From Thermoplasmatota archaeon (GTDB lineage Archaea; Thermoplasmatota; Penumbrarchaeia; Penumbrarchaeales; Penumbrarchaeaceae): a DNA stretch of 26,691 bases. Shown here piece by piece: positions 9,898-18,639 of the stretch. Both the position numbers and the translations under genes were made by a program. The stretch covers positions 1 through 26,691 of the forward strand of contig CBDDUX010000020.1 of NCBI GenBank assembly GCA_965234725.1, read 5' to 3'. Below the pieces are notes generated by a model, which saw nothing but the letters and a program-made list of their open reading frames with translations, had not been told where the DNA came from and did not search any database. The stretch's first letter is position 1, and every line of letters begins with the position of its first letter.

Positions 9898-10935
9898 TCA
9901 AGGTGTAATAGGAGGTGTAAGGAGCCCTTCTCCTTCATCGAATCCTCTCATCAAGTTCATATTCTGGACAGCCTGGCCGGATGCGCCCTTGACGAGATTA
10001 TCGATGGCGGTAACCGAGATCAGTCTGTTTGTCCTCTCATCAACATAGATGTGGATGTCACAGTAATTGGATCCTCTGACATCCCTGAGAGAGGGCGGAT
10101 TCTCCCTTATCCTGATGAACCTTTCATCAAGATAATGCTCGATCAAGGATTCATGGATCTCCTCTTTTGTCACATCTTCTTTAATTTGCGAGTACATGGT
10201 CGAAATTATGCCTCTATTGACCGGCAGGAGATGGGGAGTGAACTGTACGGATACAACTGAACCTGAATATATAGAGAGGGCATCCTCGATCTCCGGTGTA
10301 TGCCTGTGGGTCCCTATCCCATATGCCTTGAAATCCTCATTGACACTCGGAAAATGCGTCACCGGTTTTATCGAAGCCCCGGCTCCAGTGACGCCGGACT
10401 TGGAATCCACGATGATCCCGTTTTCAGATATCAGTTTGTCCTTGAGGAAAGGAGCAAGTCCCAGAATCGCAGAGGTAGGGTAGCAGCCGGGATTCGATAC
10501 GAACCTGGTTCCCCTGATGTTTTCTCTGAAGAGTTCCGGAAGACCGAAAACCGCTTCCTGGTTGAGTTCCGGACATGAATGTTCCGTCTCGTACCATTTT
10601 TCGTAATCATTGACAGAGGAAAGTCTGAAATCACCGGAAAGGTCCACGATCTGTACGTCTTCATCCCAAATTGAGGCCACATAGTTCATGGAAACCCTGT
10701 GCGGCAGTGCCAGAAAGACCAGGTCGATGTCCTCCAAATTCATCTCGCCTGACCTTATGAACCTAAGATCGGTCGTTCCCTCCAAATGGGGATAGATGTC
10801 GGTAATCATCTTTCCGGCGTTTTTCTCGGATGTGACCGCCGTGATCGAAACATTGTGATGCCCGGATAGTATCCTCATGAGTTCTGAACCTGTATAGCCA
10901 GAAGCTCCGACTATACCAACATTGATATCACTCAT
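9898..10935 (-). CDS. argC: N-acetyl-gamma-glutamyl-phosphate reductase ArgC
   Basis: GASGYTG Rossmann motif, FLALPH, DLSGDFR, NPGCYPT (catalytic Cys), HRHTPEI, IDNLVKGASGQAVQN. Confidence 0.97.
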   Translation of the reverse strand: MSDINVGIVGASGYTGSELMRILSGHHNVSITAVTSEKNAGKMITDIYPHLEGTTDLRFIRSGEMNLEDIDLVFLALPHRVSMNYVASIWDEDVQIVDLSGDFRLSSVNDYEKWYETEHSCPELNQEAVFGLPELFRENIRGTRFVSNPGCYPTSAILGLAPFLKDKLISENGIIVDSKSGVTGAGASIKPVTHFPSVNEDFKAYGIGTHRHTPEIEDALSIYSGSVVSVQFTPHLLPVNRGIISTMYSQIKEDVTKEEIHESLIEHYLDERFIRIRENPPSLRDVRGSNYCDIHIYVDERTNRLISVTAIDNLVKGASGQAVQNMNLMRGFDEGEGLLTPPITP

Positions 10936-12127
10936 TCTCGGAAACCTCCTCTAAGCAATCCAGGAACACTTCGAGCCCTTTTTTCAGGTCCTCTTCCGGA
11001 ATATTCAGCGGCGGCAGGAATCTCACTACATTACCCGCCGTGCAGTTGGCGAGTACTCCTCTTTCGAACATCATCTCAACCACTTTCTTTCCTTGGTCCT
11101 TGAGTTCCACTCCCAACATGAGACCCTTTCCTCTGACCTCTTTGACCATTTCGTTTTTTATGGTGCGGTCTCTCAGCATCTTGATGGTCCTCTCACCCAG
11201 TTCAGAAGCTCTTTGAGGGAGTTCTTCTTCCAAGATGGAAGAGACTGTGGCCAAAGAGGCTGTAGTCGCAAGCGGATTCCCTCCGAAAGTGGTTCCATGG
11301 TCGCCAGGACTAAACGCGGAGGCAACATTTTCCTTGGCAAGTAATGCTCCGATCGGGAATCCTCCTCCCAATGATTTTGCAATGGTGATGATATCAGGTT
11401 CCACATCAAATCCCTGGTATGCAAAGAAATGACCTGTCCTGCCCATACCGCATTGGATCTCATCGAATATTAGAAGTATTCCATTATCATCGCAGAGTCG
11501 TCTCAAGCTAACGAGATACTCCTCATCTGCAACATTGATCCCACCTTCACCCTGAATAGGTTCGATCATGATCGCACATGTCTCATTGTCCAATGCATTT
11601 GTAACTGCCTCTATATCATTGAAAGGAACTGTTTCAAAACCTTCGGGCAAAGGGTCGAATCCTTTGCTGTATTTTTTCTGACCAGTGGCGGTCATGGCCG
11701 CGATCGATCTTCCGTGGAATGAATCATCCATGGTGATGATCTTTCCTCCCTTTCCATGCTTGGATGCCCATTTTCTCGCCAGTTTCATGGCTCCCTCTAT
11801 CGCTTCCGTGCCTGAATTGCAGAAGAAGATCCGGTCCATGTCGCAGTTCTCGATCAGTGCCTGGGAAAGCAGTCCCTGGGATGCTATATAGTATAGATTC
11901 GAACAATGGATCAATTTGGCGGCCTGGTCCTGGATGGCTTTCACAACTCTGGGGTGGCAGTGCCCAACGCCGTTTACAGCAATTCCCGCAAGGAGGTCAA
12001 TATATTCCTTTCCATTGGAGTCCCAGACCTTGCTTCCCTTTCCTTCAACAAGAAGGACAGGCGTTCTTCCATATGTTCTCATATGATATTTTTCATCCAA
12101 TTCCTTGGTCATTTCTAGGCTATACAT
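10928..12127 (-). CDS. argD: Acetylornithine aminotransferase ArgD
   Basis: Class III aminotransferase motifs NSGTEA, FHGRS, EPIQGEGG, DEIQCGMGRTG, AKSLGGG (PLP Lys), HGTTFGGNP; operon context. Confidence 0.93.
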   Translation of the reverse strand: MYSLEMTKELDEKYHMRTYGRTPVLLVEGKGSKVWDSNGKEYIDLLAGIAVNGVGHCHPRVVKAIQDQAAKLIHCSNLYYIASQGLLSQALIENCDMDRIFFCNSGTEAIEGAMKLARKWASKHGKGGKIITMDDSFHGRSIAAMTATGQKKYSKGFDPLPEGFETVPFNDIEAVTNALDNETCAIMIEPIQGEGGINVADEEYLVSLRRLCDDNGILLIFDEIQCGMGRTGHFFAYQGFDVEPDIITIAKSLGGGFPIGALLAKENVASAFSPGDHGTTFGGNPLATTASLATVSSILEEELPQRASELGERTIKMLRDRTIKNEMVKEVRGKGLMLGVELKDQGKKVVEMMFERGVLANCTAGNVVRFLPPLNIPEEDLKKGLEVFLDCLEEVSENE

Positions 12128-12139
12128 TATATCATTTCC

Positions 12140-13030
12140 TCAAAGTCCCGGTCTTATCATTGTCCCCTCTTTACCTGGAAAGAGAAGGGAGAGAAGAAGC
12201 GAGTGGTCCTTTGTACCGTTAACTATGAAACCGAGGGAAACTCCATTATCCAGCGCTTTGATGGAAGATGTGATCTTCGGGATCATTCCTCCGCGTATCT
12301 GTATGTTGATCATCGTCTTTACCTGAGGTACATCTATGAAGTGAAGTATTGTGGAGGGATCCTTCGGATCTTCCATAAGTCCATCCACATCCGTCAGATA
12401 TACAATCATATCAGCCTTTATAGTCATCGCAACCTCAGCTGCAAGGACATCGGCATTGATGTTGAAATCCTGGTGATCGGTACTAATTCCTATAGGGGCA
12501 ATAACTGGAATATATCCTGTATCCGAAAGGGTTTCCAGTATGGATGGGTCTATACTCTCAACCTCGCCAACATGTCCCATATCTATTGGATCAAAGGTTC
12601 CTTCTCCAAGAACCTCTCTCAATAATTTTCTCGCGGTTATCAGTTTCGCATCCTTGCCGGATAATCCAACAGCTCTCCCGCCTTCACGATTGATGAGTTT
12701 TACTATTTGATTGTTCACCTTTCCGCAAAGAACCATCTCCACAACCTCAAGGGTGGCAAGGTCCGTCTTCCTCTGACCTCGAATGAACTCTGGTTTGAGA
12801 CCGACCCTTTCCATATGTTCAGAAATTGCAGGTCCCCCCCCATGCACAACTATCACATGCATTCCGATCAGATCGAGGAATACAAGGTCCTTCACTACCT
12901 TAATCTGGAGTGCCTCGTCTACCATTGCATTTCCACCATATTTTACGACGATCTTCTTTCCTTTCAATTGGATAAGATCAGGTATCATTTCAAAAAGATC
13001 CAAGTTATCAGTTGTTCGATTATTGTCCAT
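12140..13030 (-). CDS. argB: Acetylglutamate kinase ArgB
   Basis: VVKYGGNAM, VHGGGP, GLSGKD, NINAD, LTDVDG, GGMIPK. Confidence 0.96.
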   Translation of the reverse strand: MDNNRTTDNLDLFEMIPDLIQLKGKKIVVKYGGNAMVDEALQIKVVKDLVFLDLIGMHVIVVHGGGPAISEHMERVGLKPEFIRGQRKTDLATLEVVEMVLCGKVNNQIVKLINREGGRAVGLSGKDAKLITARKLLREVLGEGTFDPIDMGHVGEVESIDPSILETLSDTGYIPVIAPIGISTDHQDFNINADVLAAEVAMTIKADMIVYLTDVDGLMEDPKDPSTILHFIDVPQVKTMINIQIRGGMIPKITSSIKALDNGVSLGFIVNGTKDHSLLLSLLFPGKEGTMIRPGL

Positions 13031-13219
13031 TGTGAAAACTCCAGATGCATTATACTGATTTTTTCAGAGAAAATAAGAATAATGGAATGCTAAATCACTC
13101 ATTAATGTTCCAATGGTTCGGTTCATATTTAAATATTTGTAGTATGTTTTTCGGTCATTATGTAGTGCCGTAAGATTTCCCATGAACAAGGTTCAATATT
13201 ACCAATCCCCTTGACCCTC

Positions 13220-13573
13220 ATGTCAGGAATTTTCTTCTTATCAACAAGAAATCTTCTATCTATGGTCGAATTCTACAAGGAAAGGATCGGCATGGATGTC
13301 TGGTTGGAACAGGCGGACTGCATTATCTTTCAACATGGGAACCTTCTCCTTGGATTCTGTAAAAGAGACCATGCCGATACCGATGGAATGATCACATTCT
13401 TCTTTGATACAAATGATAAAGTGGACCAATTCTACAATAAGTTCAAAGAATCATCTGTAGGCCCCCCTAAGACCAACAAGAAGTACGGTATCTACCATTT
13501 CTTCTGCAAGGACCCCGAAGGAAGGGATGTTGAATTCCAGAGGTTCTTGACCTCTCCTTCATCACCCTGTTGA
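13220..13573 (+). CDS. VOC/glyoxalase-family protein
   Basis: FY---IG and FFCKDPEGRDVEF motifs; single-domain size. 3' end overlaps the convergent GNAT-fusion gene by 12 bp. Confidence 0.85.
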   Translation: MSGIFFLSTRNLLSMVEFYKERIGMDVWLEQADCIIFQHGNLLLGFCKRDHADTDGMITFFFDTNDKVDQFYNKFKESSVGPPKTNKKYGIYHFFCKDPEGRDVEFQRFLTSPSSPC

Positions 13574-15112
13574 TACCGTCGGATGATCCCTATCGAAAAC
13601 AAGTTCCAGAAGGATCTCGTTCATTTCAATTCCATTCAGAATGTGGCTTCCCCTCAGTTCACCCACTCTTCTGAAGCCGGATGATCCAAGGATCCTCAGT
13701 GACCTTTCATTTTCCTTCACAACCCTGGCAATGACCCTTCTTGCTTTGATCCGGTCTTTACACAATCTGAGTATTCCTTCGACCATGATACCACCCAGAC
13801 CCTTTCCCCTTTGGTCCTTTTCTCCTATGAGAAATGAAATTTCACAGGTCCTGTTCCATTTGGAGATATCATAGATCGAACCGAAACCGATCCTTTTACC
13901 ACCCTGTGTCTCAACGATCATATCAAGGTCATTATCATTCAGGAGCATGTTAAGGACAAGGTCTTCCCTTGTGAGTCTGATCTCAGGTTCATCCATAGTT
14001 CTGGCGATAACTGGATCGTTCATCCATCCAAGTATGGTTTCAATATCCTCAAGACCTACCTCTCTGAAGATCAAACCACCCTTCCTTGAATCGAATATCT
14101 TAGGTTTCTTCCTTGGTTGGGGTTTGAGTCCATATCTGGTTACGGCCTTTGAGAGGATCCTTTCTATCATTTCAGCATATGACATATCCATCTGGCGGCA
14201 GCTCCTGAAGAAACCACTATCCTCTCCTATGCCGGGATTTGGATTGACCTCAATTATGTATGGTTTACCATCACGGATCCTAATATCGACCCTCCCGTAA
14301 TCCTTCAGGCCAAGTGCTCTGTATGCATCTCTGGCGACAGATATGGTAAGTATTTCGATGTTCTTAGGGAGATCTGCTGGACAAACCCCTTTTGTCCCTT
14401 CATAACTTTTCGAACCTTCAGTCCATTTCGCATCGAAGTCAACGATATTTGGGGAAGTGGGATCCATTTCGAATAATATCTCAGAGAGGGGTAGGACCAT
14501 TATGTCAGAACCGTTGCCGATTATTGCAGCATTGATCTCTCTTCCATCTATGAACTCCTCCACGATGGCCGGTTGTTCGAAGGTCTCAATGATATGGTCT
14601 ATTCTCTTGAACAGCTCCAATTTATTATGAACCACAGATCCTTTGTCTATCCCAATGCTTGCATCCTCATGAAGAGGTTTGACAATAAGAGGGAATCTAA
14701 GTCTTGGATCGAGTTTCTGGGATGTTGCATGGAATACCTGATAATCTGGTGAAGGAAGATTGTTCGCTCTTAGAACCTGTTTCGTCCTGGCTTTGTCTAG
14801 ACAAAGGGAAAGAGTGAGCGGTCCGGATCCGGTATAAGGCATTCCCATTAGCTCGAAATAGGCTGCGATCCAGGATTCTCCTGAAGGGTCTCCCTGAAAG
14901 CTTTCACAAAGATTGAGAACGATATCTGCAGAATCCCGTTTTAATTTGCCGATAAGGTCGCTTGAGAAGTTCAATGGAATGATCTCAAAATCCTGTCCGA
15001 CTGATCCCAATACGGACCCCACCGTATTGATAATGTCATTGTCTGATACGGAATGCCCTTCTTTGACTTTCTCAGGATCATCCACCATGTTGTACAGTAA
15101 CAGTACTCTCAA
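13562..15112 (-). CDS. Ddl-like ATP-grasp ligase fused to a C-terminal RimJ/RimL-type GNAT acetyltransferase
   Basis: ATP-grasp: NLCE, PYTGS, DKARTK, FPLIVKP..EDASIGI, EEFIDGRE, RVDIR, IEVNPNPG. GNAT (approx. 13562-14080): QRGKGLG, NERSLRIL..SGF. TTG start with RBS GAGGTGAT (15116-15123) overlapping the upstream stop. Confidence 0.9.
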   Translation of the reverse strand: MRVLLLYNMVDDPEKVKEGHSVSDNDIINTVGSVLGSVGQDFEIIPLNFSSDLIGKLKRDSADIVLNLCESFQGDPSGESWIAAYFELMGMPYTGSGPLTLSLCLDKARTKQVLRANNLPSPDYQVFHATSQKLDPRLRFPLIVKPLHEDASIGIDKGSVVHNKLELFKRIDHIIETFEQPAIVEEFIDGREINAAIIGNGSDIMVLPLSEILFEMDPTSPNIVDFDAKWTEGSKSYEGTKGVCPADLPKNIEILTISVARDAYRALGLKDYGRVDIRIRDGKPYIIEVNPNPGIGEDSGFFRSCRQMDMSYAEMIERILSKAVTRYGLKPQPRKKPKIFDSRKGGLIFREVGLEDIETILGWMNDPVIARTMDEPEIRLTREDLVLNMLLNDNDLDMIVETQGGKRIGFGSIYDISKWNRTCEISFLIGEKDQRGKGLGGIMVEGILRLCKDRIKARRVIARVVKENERSLRILGSSGFRRVGELRGSHILNGIEMNEILLELVFDRDHPTVSTG

Positions 15113-15116
15113 GGGA

Positions 15117-17201
15117 TCACCTCATGGAAAGATTGTATCTTTTCAAGGCTGCATCCATTATGGCGGCGATGATATCATCATAGTCCATCCCGTCAGCAAA
15201 ACAGGCCCTTGTGAACCTTGAATTATCACTTCTATTAGGCATGAGGCCTGGAAGAGTGTTAACATCAAACACATTGGGAGTGTCGTTCGCGTCCAGTCTG
15301 AGATCTATCCTGCATAGGTCCGAGCATCCCAGCACCGAGAACGTATCCCTTGCAACCTTTTCGATCTTCTTTTTAAGGGCAGGCTTGAGATCAGCTGGAC
15401 ATATGACGGGGTCCTTGATGTTCGATGGGTTATCATAGATCCATTTCGCCTCATAAGAATCGAACCTGTTCAGTTCATCAGGAAGATGGGTGAAATCTAT
15501 CTCGATTATCGGAAGGACCTTTGGCCTGCTATTGCCCAGAAGTGCTACGGTGAACTCCCTTCCGCTTAGGTATTCCTCCACAAGAGCATTTTGCTTGTAT
15601 ATTTTGAGTACTTTGCTGACCTCTCTTCTGAGGGAATCCTGATCCCGGACCAGGGAAGAATCTGAAATTCCCACGCTCGAACCCTCTGCATCGGGTTTCA
15701 CGATCAACGGGAAATTCAGTAAAGAGTTCAACTTCTGGTTCGTGGACCTGAAGACCTGGAACTTGGGAGTGGGGATCCCATAATAGGTGAGTATCTCCTT
15801 TTTTCGACTTTTATTAAGTGTGATCGCCTGGGTCAGGACGCCTGATCCGGAATATGGAATGTTCATCATCTCAAGTATGGAAGGTATATGGGATTCCCTG
15901 GACTCCCCCTGGATCCCCTCCGCGATGTTGAAGATAAAATCCACATCTGCTTCCATCAGTCTTTCCATGAAGCCCTGATCAGCCTCAAGAAGAACAACAT
16001 CATATCCTATCCTGTCAAGGGATTTCCTAATGGCATCTATTGTTTCAATGTCATCATATTCTGCATACCTGTCCAACCTTTCTCCCTTTGCTGGTTCCTT
16101 CTTCAGGTTGAATGCGATCCCGACCTTCCTGATCCTTTTATTGGAAAGTTTCTTTTCGGGTTTTGTTCTTGTTCCTGGATATTTGAAAAGATGGTCCAGA
16201 TAATTGGTAACAATGACCTCATCAGGGGTTATCTCCTGGACATAATCCGGTGAGACGGGAACCTTTCCTCCGGGCCCATCGATAACAAAATGAGGCACAG
16301 CCAGACCTGATGTGAACCCTTGAAGCGCCTTCATTATTTCTATGCCCTTCTCCACTGGGGTCCTGAAGTGTTCAACGCCCTTTACAAGATCACATTGGTA
16401 GATGTAATATGGCCTGACCCTGTTCTTGAGGAGGGTCAGCATCAATTCCTTCATGGTCTCAGGATCGTCATTTACCCCCTTGAGAAGAACAGTCTGGCTC
16501 CCCAGTGGTATGCCTGCATCTGCTATCAAGGCCAATGCGACCTCGGTCTGTTTTGTGATCTCTCTGGGGTGGTTGAAGTGGATGTTCATGAATACAGGGT
16601 TGTACTTCGCTATCATCTTCACCAAATGGGGAGTGATCCGTTTCGGATTCACACAGGGCATTCGTGTACCCAACCTGATGATCTCAATGTGTGGGATGGA
16701 CCTGAGGTTTTCAAGTATCTGTTCAATTTCGGAATCGGTCCTCATCAATGGGTCCCCGCCGGAAACTATGACATCTCTTATCTCCTCGTGTTCTCGAATA
16801 TAATCTATAGCAGTCAAAATGGACTCCATGGGGATCTGGGATAATCTTCCGACCTTTCTCTTCCTCGTACAAAACCTGCAGTACATGGCACATTTCGAAC
16901 TGGCAAGAAGGAGGACCCTGTCGGGGTACTTGTGAACAAGGTAGGGGACAGGAGTGTTCTCCTCTTCTTTCAGAGGATCCTCCTCATTGAAATGGTCCTC
17001 CAGTTCCTGAATGTCCGGAATGCACTGTTTCCAAATAGGATCGTCCTTCTCTTCGACAAGGTCCATATAATAAGGTGTTACCTTCATGGGGTATCTTCTC
17101 TTAACCTTCTCTATCGATCTGCTATCTGCGCCAAGGTCGTCCAATTTTGACCCGGTGAGGTTCTTATGGTCACTGCTGATCTGTTGGGTTTCCACATCCA
17201 T
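15117..17201 (-). CDS. KamA-family radical SAM/PLP 2,3-aminomutase fused to a C-terminal Ddl-like ATP-grasp ligase
   Basis: HKYPDRV, CAMYCRFC (CX3CX2C) TRKR, SGGDP, HFNHP, QTVLLKGVND, YIYQCD, FVIDGPGGK (PLP Lys); then FNIAEG, PYSGS, FPLIVKP..EGSSVGI, EEYLSGRE, RIDLR, DVNTLPG. Start is ATG 17201 or GTG 17210. Confidence 0.92.
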   Translation of the reverse strand: MDVETQQISSDHKNLTGSKLDDLGADSRSIEKVKRRYPMKVTPYYMDLVEEKDDPIWKQCIPDIQELEDHFNEEDPLKEEENTPVPYLVHKYPDRVLLLASSKCAMYCRFCTRKRKVGRLSQIPMESILTAIDYIREHEEIRDVIVSGGDPLMRTDSEIEQILENLRSIPHIEIIRLGTRMPCVNPKRITPHLVKMIAKYNPVFMNIHFNHPREITKQTEVALALIADAGIPLGSQTVLLKGVNDDPETMKELMLTLLKNRVRPYYIYQCDLVKGVEHFRTPVEKGIEIMKALQGFTSGLAVPHFVIDGPGGKVPVSPDYVQEITPDEVIVTNYLDHLFKYPGTRTKPEKKLSNKRIRKVGIAFNLKKEPAKGERLDRYAEYDDIETIDAIRKSLDRIGYDVVLLEADQGFMERLMEADVDFIFNIAEGIQGESRESHIPSILEMMNIPYSGSGVLTQAITLNKSRKKEILTYYGIPTPKFQVFRSTNQKLNSLLNFPLIVKPDAEGSSVGISDSSLVRDQDSLRREVSKVLKIYKQNALVEEYLSGREFTVALLGNSRPKVLPIIEIDFTHLPDELNRFDSYEAKWIYDNPSNIKDPVICPADLKPALKKKIEKVARDTFSVLGCSDLCRIDLRLDANDTPNVFDVNTLPGLMPNRSDNSRFTRACFADGMDYDDIIAAIMDAALKRYNLSMR

Positions 17202-17212
17202 TATTATCACTA

Positions 17213-17470
17213 CTACCTTCCCAGCTGGTTCTGATGGAACCCGACTCCGACCATTAGCTGCTCCCTGGCTGCCTCGATGTCCTGGGGGAGAACGGTCGTT
17301 CTATTCGAATGCCGTGCGATGGAGACTGCTATCTCGGAGATCCTCTTACCGTAATCTTCGATACTGGTCCTGAGTTCCTCCTTTGACTGGTAACTGACCC
17401 TTATTGATGGGTCGGATTTCTTCAGCAGTCTTTCCATGGATGCCAGTGATATTTCAGTCAATTCAATCAT
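17213..17470 (-). CDS. Archaeal histone (HMf-type histone fold) with a C-terminal extension
   Basis: Aligns by eye to HMf: ExSLAxMERLLK, RVS, ARHxxRxT, DIExA. Likely true start is TTG at 17461 (MTEISLA) after an RBS-like GAGATGA. Confidence 0.88.
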   Translation of the reverse strand: MIELTEISLASMERLLKKSDPSIRVSYQSKEELRTSIEDYGKRISEIAVSIARHSNRTTVLPQDIEAAREQLMVGVGFHQNQLGR

Positions 17471-17487
17471 CTCTTTTTTAATCCATT

Positions 17488-17543
17488 TCAGGGTTTCTAT
17501 GCCCTTTAAAACCCTGACATGACGCTTCCTGTATTTATATATA
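17488..17543 (-). promoter_or_regulatory. Putative promoter of the histone operon with an inverted repeat over the predicted start site
   Basis: TATA-like TATATAAATA near 17532-17543; 9-bp inverted repeat TCAGGGTTT (17488-17496) / AAACCCTGA (17509-17517). Confidence 0.5.
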
Positions 17544-17803
17544 TTGTTTCAACTTATATGGTCCTTATTAAAATGAAATCAATGGATATGAATATAATTA
17601 AATCCATATTAACATTTAAACGAACTGAAAAAATCAAAAAATTTTTTATAGATATTAAAAATGTCATTATGGTCTTTTTATTAAATGAATACTTGCACGT
17701 ATCCGATTCCTTTTAACCTTTGTAAAAGGACCTTGAGATTATCTGAAGGATGTCTCCTCACTAACATCGGATCCAGGCGAGGTGTGGACCTGCTCCTTCT
17801 GCT

Positions 17804-17855
17804 TTCAAGGACCTTACAATCTGATATTGGATGGTACGTTCCAAAGGTCCTTGAA
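17804..17855 (-). terminator. Hairpin immediately downstream of the membrane-protein gene
   Basis: Perfect 12-bp inverted repeat TTCAAGGACCTT (17804-17815) / AAGGTCCTTGAA (17844-17855), 2 nt after the stop codon; 28-nt loop. Confidence 0.4.
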
Positions 17856-17857
17856 CT

Positions 17858-18628
17858 CTATTTCATCACCTTGTTGAGATCACTTTCAGTTACTTCATTT
17901 CCAAGCCATCGAACAAGTTCGCTAACTTCCATCGGTTTATTAGTTGAAACAGTATAGGTCCTGCCTTCTTTTGTGGTTATCCTAACTCCAAACCTGGAAT
18001 TTGAGATATACCCGGTACTACCATCCGAACCATGTTTGATCCCAAAACCCATGAAATCTCGCAAAGCATGGACTGAAACGGGTCTGATGTCCTCTATCTG
18101 GTCTATGCTCAACTTCTTTCCGGAAGGACCCCAGTGGAAATAAACTCGCTCATTATCAACTTCCAGGTCCAGTCTATGGAAAAGAACAGCGATCAATGCA
18201 ATGAATATGATCGTGGCAGCATTTGAGATTATCATCTCGATCATTAGTGTATCCCCGTTGATTATCGGTATGATAGATATTACGATCTGAATGACAACCA
18301 TCGTGAGGATAATCATTAAAAAGACCCATAGGAAAGGGACGCTGTCATTGATCTCCTTGATCGCAGGTTCCCTGATCTTAATGATCTCCCGTGTAAGATC
18401 ATTTTCCGTAATAGAACAAACCTTTCTATTCTTGATCCAGGGAAATGCCAGAATAAAAAAGAGCGGTAACAATGCTCCGACAACCCATATGCTCAGTGTG
18501 ATCCCGAGTAATCCTTCATATTCACTAATGAGCAGCATCGATCCGGTTATTAAGAGGGTGATGAAAATATAGATCCCGGTTGTTATCCACCTGATCCTGT
18601 TCCATTTAATTATTTGATCTCTATCCAA
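17858..18628 (-). CDS. Membrane protein (about 4 TM helices) with a C-terminal PH-like soluble domain
   Basis: Four hydrophobic segments; C-terminal pattern IxxIEDI..FMGFGIK..GVRITTKEGRTYTVSTNKP. RBS AGGTGAT links it to the upstream HTH gene. Confidence 0.7.
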   Translation of the reverse strand: MDRDQIIKWNRIRWITTGIYIFITLLITGSMLLISEYEGLLGITLSIWVVGALLPLFFILAFPWIKNRKVCSITENDLTREIIKIREPAIKEINDSVPFLWVFLMIILTMVVIQIVISIIPIINGDTLMIEMIISNAATIIFIALIAVLFHRLDLEVDNERVYFHWGPSGKKLSIDQIEDIRPVSVHALRDFMGFGIKHGSDGSTGYISNSRFGVRITTKEGRTYTVSTNKPMEVSELVRWLGNEVTESDLNKVMK

Positions 18629-18639
18629 TTTCAGATCAC

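Noticed and set aside
9888-9938. N-terminal extension of argJ in the ORF track
   Set aside because: It overlaps the argC 3' end; ATG 9887 gives a normal ArgJ length.
13562-17201. Calling the ligases ddl, or the cluster ablAB or epmAB
   Set aside because: No peptidoglycan context; the GNAT looks RimJ/L-type and is fused to a ligase; no EpmA (LysRS-like) gene is present.
17519-17957. Short plus-strand ORFs (65 and 90 aa) upstream of the histone
   Set aside because: AT-rich intergenic or antisense sequence with no motifs; better explained as promoter and terminator DNA.
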